Assembly: GCA_963666055.2 (NCBI GenBank)
Contig: CAXWPH010000012.1
Span: 384,001 to 448,000, forward strand
Direction: 5' to 3'
Length of the DNA: 64,000 nt
Source of the DNA: Acidobacteriota bacterium
Lineage (GTDB): Bacteria > Acidobacteriota > UBA890 > WLXD01
The notes under the pieces were generated by a model. It was given only the letters and a program-made list of their open reading frames with translations, searched no databases and was not told the origin of the DNA. The translations under genes and the position numbers were made by a program. This document shows, one piece after another, positions 1 through 9,885 of the stretch. How positions within the stretch are numbered: position 1 is the first letter of the stretch; every line of letters begins with the position of its first letter.

Positions 1-1
1 C

Positions 2-322
2 GGCGAATCGACCACAGCAGATCACCTGGATCGAACCGTGCATGAGGCCGACATCGACGCCGTCCGCCGCTGTCTCGTCGATCGAATTCCGACCCTCAAC
101 GGAAGATGGCTCGAGGGCGCTGTTTGCATGTACACCAACACCCCCGACACGCACTTCGTCATCGGGCCGCACCCTGCAGCAGAAGGGGTCTTCATCGCCG
201 CCGGGTTTTCCGGCCACGGCTTCAAGTTCGCGCCGGTAGTGGGCGAGGTCCTTGCCGACCTGGTGGTCGACGGAGCCACCCAGCTGCCCATAGACCCGTT
301 CTCGCCGGCCCGCTTCGGCTGA
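2..322 (+). CDS. solA: Monomeric sarcosine oxidase / N-methyl-L-tryptophan oxidase family, 3' end (runs off the window edge)
   Basis: CMYTNTPD..F.IG..P and GFSGHGFKFAPVVGE motifs of the SoxA/SolA C-terminus. Confidence 0.85.
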   Translation, partial: GESTTADHLDRTVHEADIDAVRRCLVDRIPTLNGRWLEGAVCMYTNTPDTHFVIGPHPAAEGVFIAAGFSGHGFKFAPVVGEVLADLVVDGATQLPIDPFSPARFG

Positions 323-393
323 TCCGCCGGGCGCCGACCGCCACCGACCGCCGCAATCCAGCAGGCCGGGGGTGCAACGATGGCGGGCCAGGG

Positions 394-1356
394 CTACTCC
401 GACAGGTTGGCCACCAGTGCCGGATCAGTATTGCCACCACAAACGAGCACCGCGATACGCTCGCCCGGGCGACACCGAACATCACCGGATACCAGCGCCG
501 CAAGCGCCGTGGCGCCGCCGGGCTCGGCGATCAACCGCAGATGGTTCCACAGCAGGTACTGCGCTCGCTTGATCGAGGCGTCCGAGACCAGCACGGATTC
601 ATCGACCCAACGACTGGCGCTAGCGAAGCCGATATCGCCGATCCGGCTGGCCCCGAGCGAGTCCTTCGCCAGCCCGTCGACCTCGACATCTAGCGGTTTT
701 CCAGCCGCGAGGGCTCGCGAGAGCGTCGGGCATCGCTCAGGCTCGACCGCCACGATAGTGGCCTCCTCACGCAGCCAGGCAGCCGTTCCGCCAATCAATC
801 CGCCACCGCCGACGGCCACCAGAACAGTGTCGAGATCAGGCACCTGTTGCTGTAGCTCGCGACCGATCGTTCCAGCCCCGGCGACGATCTGCGGCTGATC
901 GTAGGCGTGAACGATGAGCGCGCCGGTCTCCAGCGCGCGTTGCTCAGCGGCGTGACGCGCCTCATCGTAGAACTCGCCGATCTGTACAACCTGCGCGCCA
1001 AGCTCGTGCAACCGACGCACCTTGATGGTCGGCGTGCTAGCCGGCACGAAGATCTCGGCGCGGTGGCCGAGCTCTCGCGCTGCGAACGACACGCCCAGAG
1101 CATGGTTGCCTCCCGATGCCGCCAGCACGCCGACCTCCGGAACGTCGGCGGAGAGCAACCGGTTAAAAGCACCGCGAGGCTTGAACGACCCGGTGTGCTG
1201 GAGAATCTCGAGCTTGAGGAACAATTGCACGTCCGATAGCCCGAGCTCCGCACCGGCGATCTCGATGACCGGCGTGCGCCGTACATGGGGCGCAATACGC
1301 GCCGCCGCCGAGTCGATCTCAGCTCGTGACGGAGCCGAGGCAATCGTCACCGGCAT
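394..1356 (-). CDS. PLP-dependent threonine/serine dehydratase
   Basis: KLE.LQ.TGSFKPRGA, ASGGNH, VGGGGLIGG, EPGGA, CGGN motifs; start set at MPVT. Confidence 0.9.
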   Translation of the reverse strand: MPVTIASAPSRAEIDSAAARIAPHVRRTPVIEIAGAELGLSDVQLFLKLEILQHTGSFKPRGAFNRLLSADVPEVGVLAASGGNHALGVSFAARELGHRAEIFVPASTPTIKVRRLHELGAQVVQIGEFYDEARHAAEQRALETGALIVHAYDQPQIVAGAGTIGRELQQQVPDLDTVLVAVGGGGLIGGTAAWLREEATIVAVEPERCPTLSRALAAGKPLDVEVDGLAKDSLGASRIGDIGFASASRWVDESVLVSDASIKRAQYLLWNHLRLIAEPGGATALAALVSGDVRCRPGERIAVLVCGGNTDPALVANLSE

Positions 1357-1548
1357 GGCGGGTGCACAACAATGCGGCGTCGCATCACTCCCCCTGCTGG
1401 TAATCGTCAAGGCTTGCGGGTATCGTCAGCCGCCGGGCGGCGAAGAGCTGATGCCTATTTTCGCATAAGGCCGCTGTCGTAGAGCCCCCACAGGGGGGCT
1501 GGCGTCGCAGCCCGACCCACTTGCTAACGCCCCCCCTGAGCCGACGAG

Positions 1549-3195
1549 ATGCCGCCTCCGGACTCCACCCAAGCCTCGTCGCGTCGTGCCATCGTGGGTG
1601 CGAGCCTCGTCGTGTTCACGAGCTCGGCGTTCATCATGACGCTGGAGATCGTCGCCGCGCGCCTCGTTGCACAGCATCTGGGTGTATCGCTCTACACCTG
1701 GACGGCGGTAATCGGAGTGGTGCTGGCGGGGATCGCCGTGGGCAACTACGTCGGCGGTAAGCTTGCTGACCTGTACCCGCCGCGCGCCCTGCTGACCACC
1801 CTGTTCCTGTTCGCCTCGATATCGAGCCTTTCCGTGCTGTTCGTGGTCGACTGGATGGGCTCCTGGGAGAGGCCGGAAGCCATTTCTTGGCCTTTCTGGA
1901 TCCTTCGCAACGTCGCTCTCACGTTCTTCGCCCCGGCAACCATCATGGGCACGATCTCGCCCGTGGCGGCCAAGCTGGCGCTCGGAGCGCACCGTGACGT
2001 GGGCGCCACGGTCGGAACCCTGTATGCGAGCGGCGCCGCCGGCAGCATCCTCGGCACCTTCCTTACCGGCTACGTGTTGATCGATGCCCTTGGCACCAAG
2101 ACCATCGTCTGCGGCATCGCCGCCGGCCTCGGGATACTGGGCCTTCTAGCGGGACGCGGTTTGCGCCGCAGCCCTGCTTCGTTCTTCGTGGTGTGGCTAT
2201 CGTTCCTGTCTCTGATCTCTGCCCTTTCGGTGGCGCCGTGGGCGTGGAGTGAGCGCTGGGGTCATTTCTTGGGCCTGCGCTTCGCCACCGACCATCTCCA
2301 CTATCAGGACGAGAGCAGCTACTTCACGATCGAGATCTATGACGCCGAGGACTTCGACAACACGCGCGTGCTGGCGCTGGATCACCTTGTGCACAGCTAC
2401 GTGAACATGGACGACGTGACGCAGCTGGAGTACGGCTATGAGACCGTCTACGCTGCGGTGACCCACCACCTGGTAGACACTGACCAACCCTTGCGCGCGC
2501 TGTTCATCGGCGGCGGTGGTTTCACCTTTCCGCGTTATCTCGAGGCGCGTTTCGCGGCAGCAGACATCGACGTCGCCGAAATCGATCCCGCCGTCAAGCA
2601 AGCCGCCCAGGCCGCTCTGGGATTGCCCCCCGACGATGCTACCCGCATCCGGACACACACGCTGGACGCACGCAATTACATCGACGACCTGCGGCGGCGG
2701 AATCGACGCGTCAGGGACCCACATCAATTCGATTTCGTATACGGCGACGCGTTCAACGACCTCGGCGTGCCCTACCACCTGACCACACGGGGCTTTAACG
2801 AACGTCTGGCTGAGGTAATGACGCACGATGGCGTCTACATGATCAACGTCATCGATATCTATCGTGAGGGTCTGGGGCGTTTCTTGGGTGCCTATGTGGG
2901 CACCGTACGATTGACGTTCCCCTTCGTCTATGTATTCGCCGGCGACCCGGACGGACCCACGGACGAGCGCGACACCTTCATCGTGGTGAGCTCCCGACGA
3001 GCCCTACCGATCCTGGAGATCGGATCCAAAGAGAACGTTCCGGACGCCTGGGGCCACCTGTTCGCCTGGGCCGAGGCCGATCGCCTGGGCGGCGAGATGG
3101 CGACAGTGCTGCAGCGCGGCGGTGGGTTGGTGCTGACCGATGACCACGCACCCGTCGACAATCTACTGGCGCCCGTCTTCTCGAATAGCGAGTGA
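1549..3195 (+). CDS. Fused MFS-like membrane domain / spermidine synthase-like SAM-binding protein
   Basis: N-terminal TM region (LEIVAARL, G.SLYTW, GSILGTFLTG) followed by FIGGGG, EIDP, GDAF, PYHLTT and LTDDHAP. Confidence 0.85.
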   Translation: MPPPDSTQASSRRAIVGASLVVFTSSAFIMTLEIVAARLVAQHLGVSLYTWTAVIGVVLAGIAVGNYVGGKLADLYPPRALLTTLFLFASISSLSVLFVVDWMGSWERPEAISWPFWILRNVALTFFAPATIMGTISPVAAKLALGAHRDVGATVGTLYASGAAGSILGTFLTGYVLIDALGTKTIVCGIAAGLGILGLLAGRGLRRSPASFFVVWLSFLSLISALSVAPWAWSERWGHFLGLRFATDHLHYQDESSYFTIEIYDAEDFDNTRVLALDHLVHSYVNMDDVTQLEYGYETVYAAVTHHLVDTDQPLRALFIGGGGFTFPRYLEARFAAADIDVAEIDPAVKQAAQAALGLPPDDATRIRTHTLDARNYIDDLRRRNRRVRDPHQFDFVYGDAFNDLGVPYHLTTRGFNERLAEVMTHDGVYMINVIDIYREGLGRFLGAYVGTVRLTFPFVYVFAGDPDGPTDERDTFIVVSSRRALPILEIGSKENVPDAWGHLFAWAEADRLGGEMATVLQRGGGLVLTDDHAPVDNLLAPVFSNSE

Positions 3196-3261
3196 GAAGC
3201 GCTGCAGAGGGCCCGTGAGTTGCTCTCGACGAAGCCGCCAGACAGGCCACGGCGGCCGGGG

Positions 3262-4047
3262 CTAGACATCCCGCAGCGGCGCCAGAAGGGAGCGCAGGTG
3301 GGCGTGCACGTGCCCGTTCGTCGCCACGAGGTTGCGGCCATGGAGCAGTGTTTGCAGGTCGTCGTTCCCCGCACAGTCGGTCACGCATCCACCTGACTCG
3401 CTCACCAGCAGGATCCCGGCCGCAACATCCCAAGGCTCGAGATGCAGCTCCCAGAAGCCGTCGAAGCGACCACAAGCCACCAGGGCGAGGTCCAGTGCTG
3501 CGGACCCCAGCCGGCGCAGCCCACCCGCCACCGCACCGACGCGGGGAACGTTCTCGAGGTTGTTGTCGGCAAGCGTGTCGCGAGCGTAGGGAAATCCGGT
3601 CGCCAGAATCGCATCGCTCAGCTCGACTGTGTCGGAGACCACTGCAGGAGCACCATCCAGCGTCGTGCCGCCGCCACGCTGGGCCGCGAAAGTCATCTCC
3701 AGCATCGGGGCGTGCACCACGCCCGCAACCAGATCTCCAGCCTCGATCACTGCAATCGCAACGCACCACAACGGGAGCCGATGGAGGAAATTGACCGTGC
3801 CATCGAGCGGGTCGACCACCCATAGGCGATCGGAGCCGCCGCCGCGACGGCCAGACTCCTCGGCCAGCACGTCGTCTTCGTCGGGGATCCGATCCAGAAT
3901 CCAGCGCTCCGTCTCGATATCGGCAGCGCTGACGAGATCGCGCCGACGGCCACCTTTACGATCGGCGTCCGCCGCATCCAGGTTGCCGTAGTACCGCATC
4001 AACACGGCACCGGCACCGTGGGCAAGGTCGATGAGCTGATCCAACAC
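3262..4047 (-). CDS. suhB: Inositol monophosphatase family protein
   Basis: AEES, WVVDPLDGTVNF, GSAALDL, PWDVAAG; GTG start inferred. Confidence 0.88.
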   Translation of the reverse strand: MLDQLIDLAHGAGAVLMRYYGNLDAADADRKGGRRRDLVSAADIETERWILDRIPDEDDVLAEESGRRGGGSDRLWVVDPLDGTVNFLHRLPLWCVAIAVIEAGDLVAGVVHAPMLEMTFAAQRGGGTTLDGAPAVVSDTVELSDAILATGFPYARDTLADNNLENVPRVGAVAGGLRRLGSAALDLALVACGRFDGFWELHLEPWDVAAGILLVSESGGCVTDCAGNDDLQTLLHGRNLVATNGHVHAHLRSLLAPLRDV

Positions 4048-4186
4048 GCGGGGCTCCCGATGACGGTAGGTACCGACCGGGGTAAGCAGCCGTGCGGCTC
4101 GGCGACGCTGCACCCCCGGCAGAATGTCACGCGGGCAGTATCGCCGATCAGGGAGTGGCGTGGGGAAGCACCCTCGGCGCGCCGGC

Positions 4187-4885
4187 TCAGTAAGCTTCGA
4201 GGCGTTCTCTGTCGAGCACCCAGATAACTCGATCGCTCGACTCGACCAGCCCTTCACGACGGAAACCGTTGAACGCCATGCTGGTGGTTTCTCGGGTCGA
4301 TCCCACCAGCTGACCGAGGTCTGTCTGTGTCAACCGTAGTCCGATTCGCAAGCCGCGATCATCGGCAACGCCGCAGTCGTCAGCAAGCCCAACGAGGGCG
4401 TGTGCCAGTCGCGTCCGCACGTCCTCGGACAGCAGCGCGATCATACGGTCTTCGATCGCCGCCTTGCGCTTGGCGATGACCGCCGTGACCCAGCCCGACA
4501 AGTCCGGATGCTGCGCCAGGTAACCCGCGAAGCGGTCACGCTCGATTACGCAGATGAACGCGTCGTCGGCGATCTGGGCGTTGTCGCGGCGCCGATCGGC
4601 ACCGATCAGCGCCGTCTCGCCGAACATCGCGCCGGGTCCCTCGAAACCGAAAATGACCTGCTTGCCGCCGGCAATCTCGCGGTACAACTTCACCGTTCCG
4701 GTACGCAGAACGTAGAAATGATCGCACAGATCACCGGCACGGAAGACATCTTCGCCGCGCTTGAACAGACGCAGGTCGGCGATGTTCACCAACTGCTTGA
4801 GCTCCCAGTCAGCCAGAGTCTTGAACATCCCCATCTGCTTGAGGTGCCAGTACTTGGCCTGCGAGACCGCTAAAGACGCTTCCAT
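4187..4885 (-). CDS. Crp/Fnr family transcriptional regulator
   Basis: cNMP-binding fold (FGE) and HTH LTQTDLGQLVGSTRET; RBS GGAGG upstream of ATG 4885. Confidence 0.9.
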   Translation of the reverse strand: MEASLAVSQAKYWHLKQMGMFKTLADWELKQLVNIADLRLFKRGEDVFRAGDLCDHFYVLRTGTVKLYREIAGGKQVIFGFEGPGAMFGETALIGADRRRDNAQIADDAFICVIERDRFAGYLAQHPDLSGWVTAVIAKRKAAIEDRMIALLSEDVRTRLAHALVGLADDCGVADDRGLRIGLRLTQTDLGQLVGSTRETTSMAFNGFRREGLVESSDRVIWVLDRERLEAY

Positions 4886-5032
4886 CCTTCTCCTCCGCGA
4901 TCGAACTCTCGTGAACACCTTGCACGCCTTCGCTTCCTGCTTTTCATAGGGCGATTTGCCGTCGGTGGCGCGTTGGTTACAGTCCTTTCGCGGCGATTGG
5001 CGACGGCCGCCCGGACGCTTTAGCGAGCGTCG

Positions 5033-5704
5033 CTAGCTGGCGACCGCTTCGCGGCCGTACAGGCTCCAGAGATATCCCAACAGGAACCCGGTCAAGCCCA
5101 GGACCAAGATGCCGCCGGTATGCCCCATCAGCACGTGCGCAGAGTCGGAGTACGGGCAGAACATGCGCCACGATGCCTCAGCGGCGAACCCTGCTCCGGT
5201 GCCGGTCAGAAATCCCGCTATCAGCGGCCGCTGCGGCAACGTGCGAGCCACCAGCCAGGCGATCAGCACCAGCGCTGGCAGGCCGATCAGGGACTCGGCA
5301 CGAAAGCAGGCCATCCACATCGTTACCGTGCCGCCACTCGACATGGGGGCGCGAACGAAGATCAGCAGGTTGACAACGATCTGAAGCGCGTAGGCGGTCA
5401 GGACGAAGGCGAAAATCTTGGTGGACGAGACGTGCCAGCCCGGAATCCCTTCGCGCAGCGCAAAGATCAGCAGTGCGAAGGCGAGCAGTACTTGAATAGC
5501 GACTGGAACCCACGCCAACATCATGCCGAGCTCGCCCGTATCGCGTAGCTGGTTGTACGCGAAGGGCATCGCCATCGCCGCAAGCACCAGCGGCAGCACG
5601 GCCAACAACCGCTTCCAGGGTGACCGCAGCGGCTTCACCGGCTCGAGACGGTCACCGATCGCCAGTCGAAGACGATCCGGCAGATCGGGGTGCGACGCTC
5701 TCAT
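5033..5704 (-). CDS. NrsF/DUF1109-type membrane anti-sigma factor
   Basis: About 6 TM helices, L.PV.PL N-terminus, two conserved Cys (MACF, MFCP) and H.L.GH; overlaps the sigma stop codon. Confidence 0.75.
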   Translation of the reverse strand: MRASHPDLPDRLRLAIGDRLEPVKPLRSPWKRLLAVLPLVLAAMAMPFAYNQLRDTGELGMMLAWVPVAIQVLLAFALLIFALREGIPGWHVSSTKIFAFVLTAYALQIVVNLLIFVRAPMSSGGTVTMWMACFRAESLIGLPALVLIAWLVARTLPQRPLIAGFLTGTGAGFAAEASWRMFCPYSDSAHVLMGHTGGILVLGLTGFLLGYLWSLYGREAVAS

Positions 5705-6264
5705 GCCGGCACCCGGTCGGCGCCGAAAATCTGCCGTAAGTCTTGCATGCCTCGGAACGCTCGAAGTTTGGCGGCACGCTCGCTGATGCCGAGCATGTTA
5801 CCGATCTCCCGGAACGTGAACCCCCAGACGTGATGCAGTAAGAGCGATTCGCGCCGGTCCTCCGCAACATCAAGCAGCGCCTGACCGAGATCTTCACGCT
5901 GTGGAAACAGCTCCGCGATGGGAGCTACGGGGATTTCCGGCAGCACCTCCGGACCCGGTCCCTCATGCTTGGCCAGGCGGGCTGCCGAACGCCGGTACAT
6001 CAGATACACGTGTCGGGCTATCCCGAATGCCCAGGGTTTGACCGGTCGCCCTGGCATGTAGGTGTGACGCGAGCGATGCATTTGCAGAAAAGTCTCCTGC
6101 ATCAGGTCCTCGCCCCGGGACTGATCACGCGTAAGCGACGTGAGGTAGTTGCGTAGCGGCACCGAGAGGACAGCGAACAGCTCCTCGAAGGCCTCGAGCT
6201 TGCCATTCTGGTAGCCGACCATGCATTCGGCCAGCCGATCAGGCGAGACATCGTCTAGTCCCAC
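5701..6264 (-). CDS. ECF sigma-70 factor (SigF-NrsF type)
   Basis: EDLMQETFL, PWAFGIARH and region 4 FREIG.MLGISE.A.K.R..RG; start uncertain. Confidence 0.88.
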   Translation of the reverse strand: MGLDDVSPDRLAECMVGYQNGKLEAFEELFAVLSVPLRNYLTSLTRDQSRGEDLMQETFLQMHRSRHTYMPGRPVKPWAFGIARHVYLMYRRSAARLAKHEGPGPEVLPEIPVAPIAELFPQREDLGQALLDVAEDRRESLLLHHVWGFTFREIGNMLGISERAAKLRAFRGMQDLRQIFGADRVPA

Positions 6265-6520
6265 TTCCGTACCCTTTGCCCTTCGTAGTCCCTTGGTTTC
6301 CGTTTCCCCTCCCCTGTCTCGCTGAAGTCCTTTGTGCAGAACGAAAAAAGGGTTTCGGGAGCGCGGGATCGGGAGATTACCATTCTCACTGACGCCCGCC
6401 CAGCTGCGAGTGCAACCCGTCGCGGCGCCTGTTCCTGAGACCCTGAACCTTTTTGATTTCGTGTAGAAGCGGCCGGCTCCATAGAGCGAGTCGGCCAACG
6501 CGTAGTCGCTGGAGGCTGAC

Positions 6521-7108
6521 GTGAAGAAGCTATTGATCCTGATAGTGCTGGTAACGGCCGGTGCGTTTCTGGCGGTCCCGGCCTGGGCGCAGCAAGACCA
6601 GGAAGCCGCGCTCTTCGGCGGCTACTCCCTCTTGCGACTCAACCAGGGGGATGACCTGGACAAGGCCACCATCCACGGCTTCGTGGTCGACTACACATAC
6701 TTCATGGACCGCCGTTTCGGCTTCGTGGTGAGCGGCAGTTACCACAAGGGGCCGGCGGATGCGGGCGTCGACGTATTCGGCACGCCGGAGTTCGACTTCC
6801 GGGGGTACACCCTACTCGCCGGGCCTCACGCCGTCCTGTGGCGGGGCCACACATCGGAAGCTGGCCTGCGGGCGCTCGCAGGTGCCGGTTGGCGCCGGTT
6901 CCAGACCGCCGATGGAGGCGTCGACGTGAGCGATGACGTCGATTTTACTTGGGCCATCGAGGCACATCTCGACCTGCGGCTATCGGACAACATCTGGCTA
7001 CGCGTCCTACAGCCGGCAATCGTCCGCACGCGGTTCAATGACGTCAAGCGTACCGACTACCGCCTGAGCATAGGCCTGGTGCTGCACGCTGGGAGCATCC
7101 TGCAGTAG
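6521..7108 (+). CDS. Outer membrane beta-barrel protein (hypothetical)
   Basis: Signal peptide ending AWA, FGGYS start, amphipathic strands, terminal YRLSIGLV. Confidence 0.6.
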   Translation: MKKLLILIVLVTAGAFLAVPAWAQQDQEAALFGGYSLLRLNQGDDLDKATIHGFVVDYTYFMDRRFGFVVSGSYHKGPADAGVDVFGTPEFDFRGYTLLAGPHAVLWRGHTSEAGLRALAGAGWRRFQTADGGVDVSDDVDFTWAIEAHLDLRLSDNIWLRVLQPAIVRTRFNDVKRTDYRLSIGLVLHAGSILQ

Positions 7109-7192
7109 GCTCGGCTGGTAGCAACCCTCCACTGGGCGAGTTGCCCCACCGACACCCGGGCCGGCGACAGGATCGACGCCATCGTAGAATCG

Positions 7193-9859
7193 GTGGCAAT
7201 GTCCACCCGCCGCACACCTCTGTCCGAGGTCGACCCGCGCGAAACGCGCGAGTGGATCGAAAGTCTCGAGGCCGTTCTGCACCACGACGGCCCGCAGCGG
7301 GCGGCGTTTCTCCTGGCTCGGCTGGCTGACCGCGCCCGTCTCGACGGAATCGAGGTGTCGACGCTTCCGTCACGCTATACGAACACCATCGGCGTCGACC
7401 GCCAGCCCTCTTATCCCGGCGACCTCGAGCTCGAAGCGCGCATCTCGGCATGTGTACGTTGGAACGCCATGGCGATGGTGGTGCGGGCGAATCGCGAGGC
7501 GCCCGAGCTCGGCGGCCACCTGTCGACCTATGCCTCCGCCGAGGCACTCTACGAGGTCGGCTTCAACCACTTCTTCCATGCTCGCACCGATGAGCACGCC
7601 GGCGACCTGGTCTACTTTCAAGGGCACTCGTCGCCAGGGATCTACGCACGTGCCTATCTCGAAGGACGTCTGAGCGAGGAAGATCTCGACAGGTTCCGAC
7701 AAGAGGCCGGGAGCGGTGGGCTGTCGTCGTACCCGCACCCCTGGCTGATGCGTGACTTCTGGCAGTTTGCCACCGTTTCGATGGGCCTGGGCGCGATCAT
7801 GGCGATCTACCAGGCTCGTTTTCTGCGTTACCTGGAGAACCGCGGCCTCGTTCCTCAAAGCGACCGCAAGATCTGGGCCTTCCTCGGCGACGGCGAGATG
7901 GACGAGCCCGAGTCCCTGGGCGCCATCACGGTGGCGACTCGTCAGGGACTGGACAACCTGGTTTTCGTCGTCAACTGCAACCTACAGCGGCTCGACGGCC
8001 CGGTGCGCGGCAACGGCAGCATCGTGCGCGAGCTCGAGGCAGTGTTCCGAGGTGCCGGGTGGAACGTTCTGAAGGTGCTATGGGGAACCGACTGGGACGA
8101 GTGGCTCACCGGGCCGCACGCCGACCTGCTCGTGCGTCGTATGGAGGAGGCGGTCGACGGCGACTACCAAGCCTATGCCGCAGATGGCAGTGGCAAGTTG
8201 CTGCGTGAGGAGTTCTTCGGCCGCTATCCGGAGCTCGCCAGCCTGGTAGAAGACATGACTGATGCGGAGATCGCCGTCATGCCGTCGCGGCGTGGCGGCC
8301 ACGACGAGCACAAGGTCTACGCCGCGTTCGCCGCTGCCGTGGCGCATCGCGGTCAACCGACGATCATCCTGGCCAAGACCATCAAGGGCTATGGACTGGG
8401 GACTGCCGCGGCGCGCAACCCGACCCACCAGCAGAAGAAGCTCTCCGACGCGGGGATTCGGGCATACCGCGATTGGCTCGACCTACCGATCTCCGACGAG
8501 GAGATCGACGAACTGCCCTACGTCCAGCTCCCTGATGACGCCGCCAAATATCTGGATGAGCGTCGCACCGAGCTCGGCGGCCCGTTTCCGACACGACGAG
8601 TCGTTGCCGAGCCGCTGGAGGTGCCTGCGCTCGACGCCTTCAAGGCGCAGCTGAGGCCATCTGGCGATCGCGAGTTCTCCACCACGATGGTGTTCGTTCG
8701 CATCCTGTCGACGTTATTGCGCAACGAGGTCATCGGTCCACGTGTGGTCCCGATCGTGCCTGACGAAGCGCGCACGTTCGGCATGGAGGGCTTGTTCCGG
8801 CAGGTGGGTATCTACGCTCCATTCGGACAGCTCTATACACCAACCGATCGCGACCAGCTCGCCTACTACCGCGAGGACCAGTCCGGCCAGATTCTGCAGG
8901 AAGGGATCACCGAAGCCGGAGCGTTCTCATCGTGGATAGCCGCCGCGACGGCGTACGTGAACCACGACCTGCCGATGATCCCCTTCTATATTTACTATTC
9001 CATGTTCGGGTTACAGCGCATCGGCGACCTCGCGTGGGCCGCCGCCGACATGCAAGCTCGCGGCTTCCTGCTCGGTGCCACCGCGGGTCGAACCACGCTG
9101 GCCGGCGAGGGCCTACAGCACGCGGACGGGCACAGCCACGTGCTGGCCTCGGCGATCCCTACTTGCAGAGCCTACGATCCAACCTACGCCCACGAGGTCG
9201 CGGTCATCATCCAGCATGGTCTACAGGCGATGTACGTTAACGACGAAGCGGCGTTCTACTACGTCACACTGATGAACGAGAACTACCCGCACCCGGGATT
9301 GCCCGAGGACGCTGCCGCCGGCATCGTGAGGGGCATGTACTTGCTCCGCAGCGCAGCAGCGACACCTCAGGTACAGCTGATGGGTAGTGGCGCGATCCTG
9401 CGCGAGGTCGAGGCTGCCGCAGAGATGCTGGGCAACGATTTCGAGATCGCGGCTGATGTTTGGAGCGTCACCAGCTTTACCGAGCTTGGCCGCGACGGCA
9501 TGGCGGCGGCGCGCTGGAGCCGTCTCCACCCGGAAGCGCCGGCGCGGCGATGTTTTGTGCACCAGCAGCTCGCCGAGAGGCCCGGGCCCGTGGTCGCCGC
9601 GACCGACTACTTGGAGACATTCGCCGAGCAAATCCGGCCATTCGTCGAGCGCCGGTTCGTGGCTCTGGGCACCAACGGCTTCGGGCGCAGCGACACACGC
9701 ACAAAGCTGCGCGCGTTCTTCGAGGTCGATCGTCGCCATGTTGTCGTCGCGGCCTTGAAAGCGCTTGCCGACGACGGCGTAGTCAAGCCGGAGACGGTGG
9801 CCGCCGCTATCAACAAGTACGACATCGACCCCGAAGCTGCCGACCCGGCAACGGTGTAG
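7193..9859 (+). CDS. aceE: Pyruvate dehydrogenase E1, homodimeric type
   Basis: DP.ETREW, FQGHSSPGIYARAY, GDGEMDEPES, NCNLQRLDGPVRGN, VPDEARTFGMEG. Confidence 0.97.
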   Translation: MAMSTRRTPLSEVDPRETREWIESLEAVLHHDGPQRAAFLLARLADRARLDGIEVSTLPSRYTNTIGVDRQPSYPGDLELEARISACVRWNAMAMVVRANREAPELGGHLSTYASAEALYEVGFNHFFHARTDEHAGDLVYFQGHSSPGIYARAYLEGRLSEEDLDRFRQEAGSGGLSSYPHPWLMRDFWQFATVSMGLGAIMAIYQARFLRYLENRGLVPQSDRKIWAFLGDGEMDEPESLGAITVATRQGLDNLVFVVNCNLQRLDGPVRGNGSIVRELEAVFRGAGWNVLKVLWGTDWDEWLTGPHADLLVRRMEEAVDGDYQAYAADGSGKLLREEFFGRYPELASLVEDMTDAEIAVMPSRRGGHDEHKVYAAFAAAVAHRGQPTIILAKTIKGYGLGTAAARNPTHQQKKLSDAGIRAYRDWLDLPISDEEIDELPYVQLPDDAAKYLDERRTELGGPFPTRRVVAEPLEVPALDAFKAQLRPSGDREFSTTMVFVRILSTLLRNEVIGPRVVPIVPDEARTFGMEGLFRQVGIYAPFGQLYTPTDRDQLAYYREDQSGQILQEGITEAGAFSSWIAAATAYVNHDLPMIPFYIYYSMFGLQRIGDLAWAAADMQARGFLLGATAGRTTLAGEGLQHADGHSHVLASAIPTCRAYDPTYAHEVAVIIQHGLQAMYVNDEAAFYYVTLMNENYPHPGLPEDAAAGIVRGMYLLRSAAATPQVQLMGSGAILREVEAAAEMLGNDFEIAADVWSVTSFTELGRDGMAAARWSRLHPEAPARRCFVHQQLAERPGPVVAATDYLETFAEQIRPFVERRFVALGTNGFGRSDTRTKLRAFFEVDRRHVVVAALKALADDGVVKPETVAAAINKYDIDPEAADPATV

Positions 9860-9885
9860 GCCCGACCGCGACAACGGAGACGGAG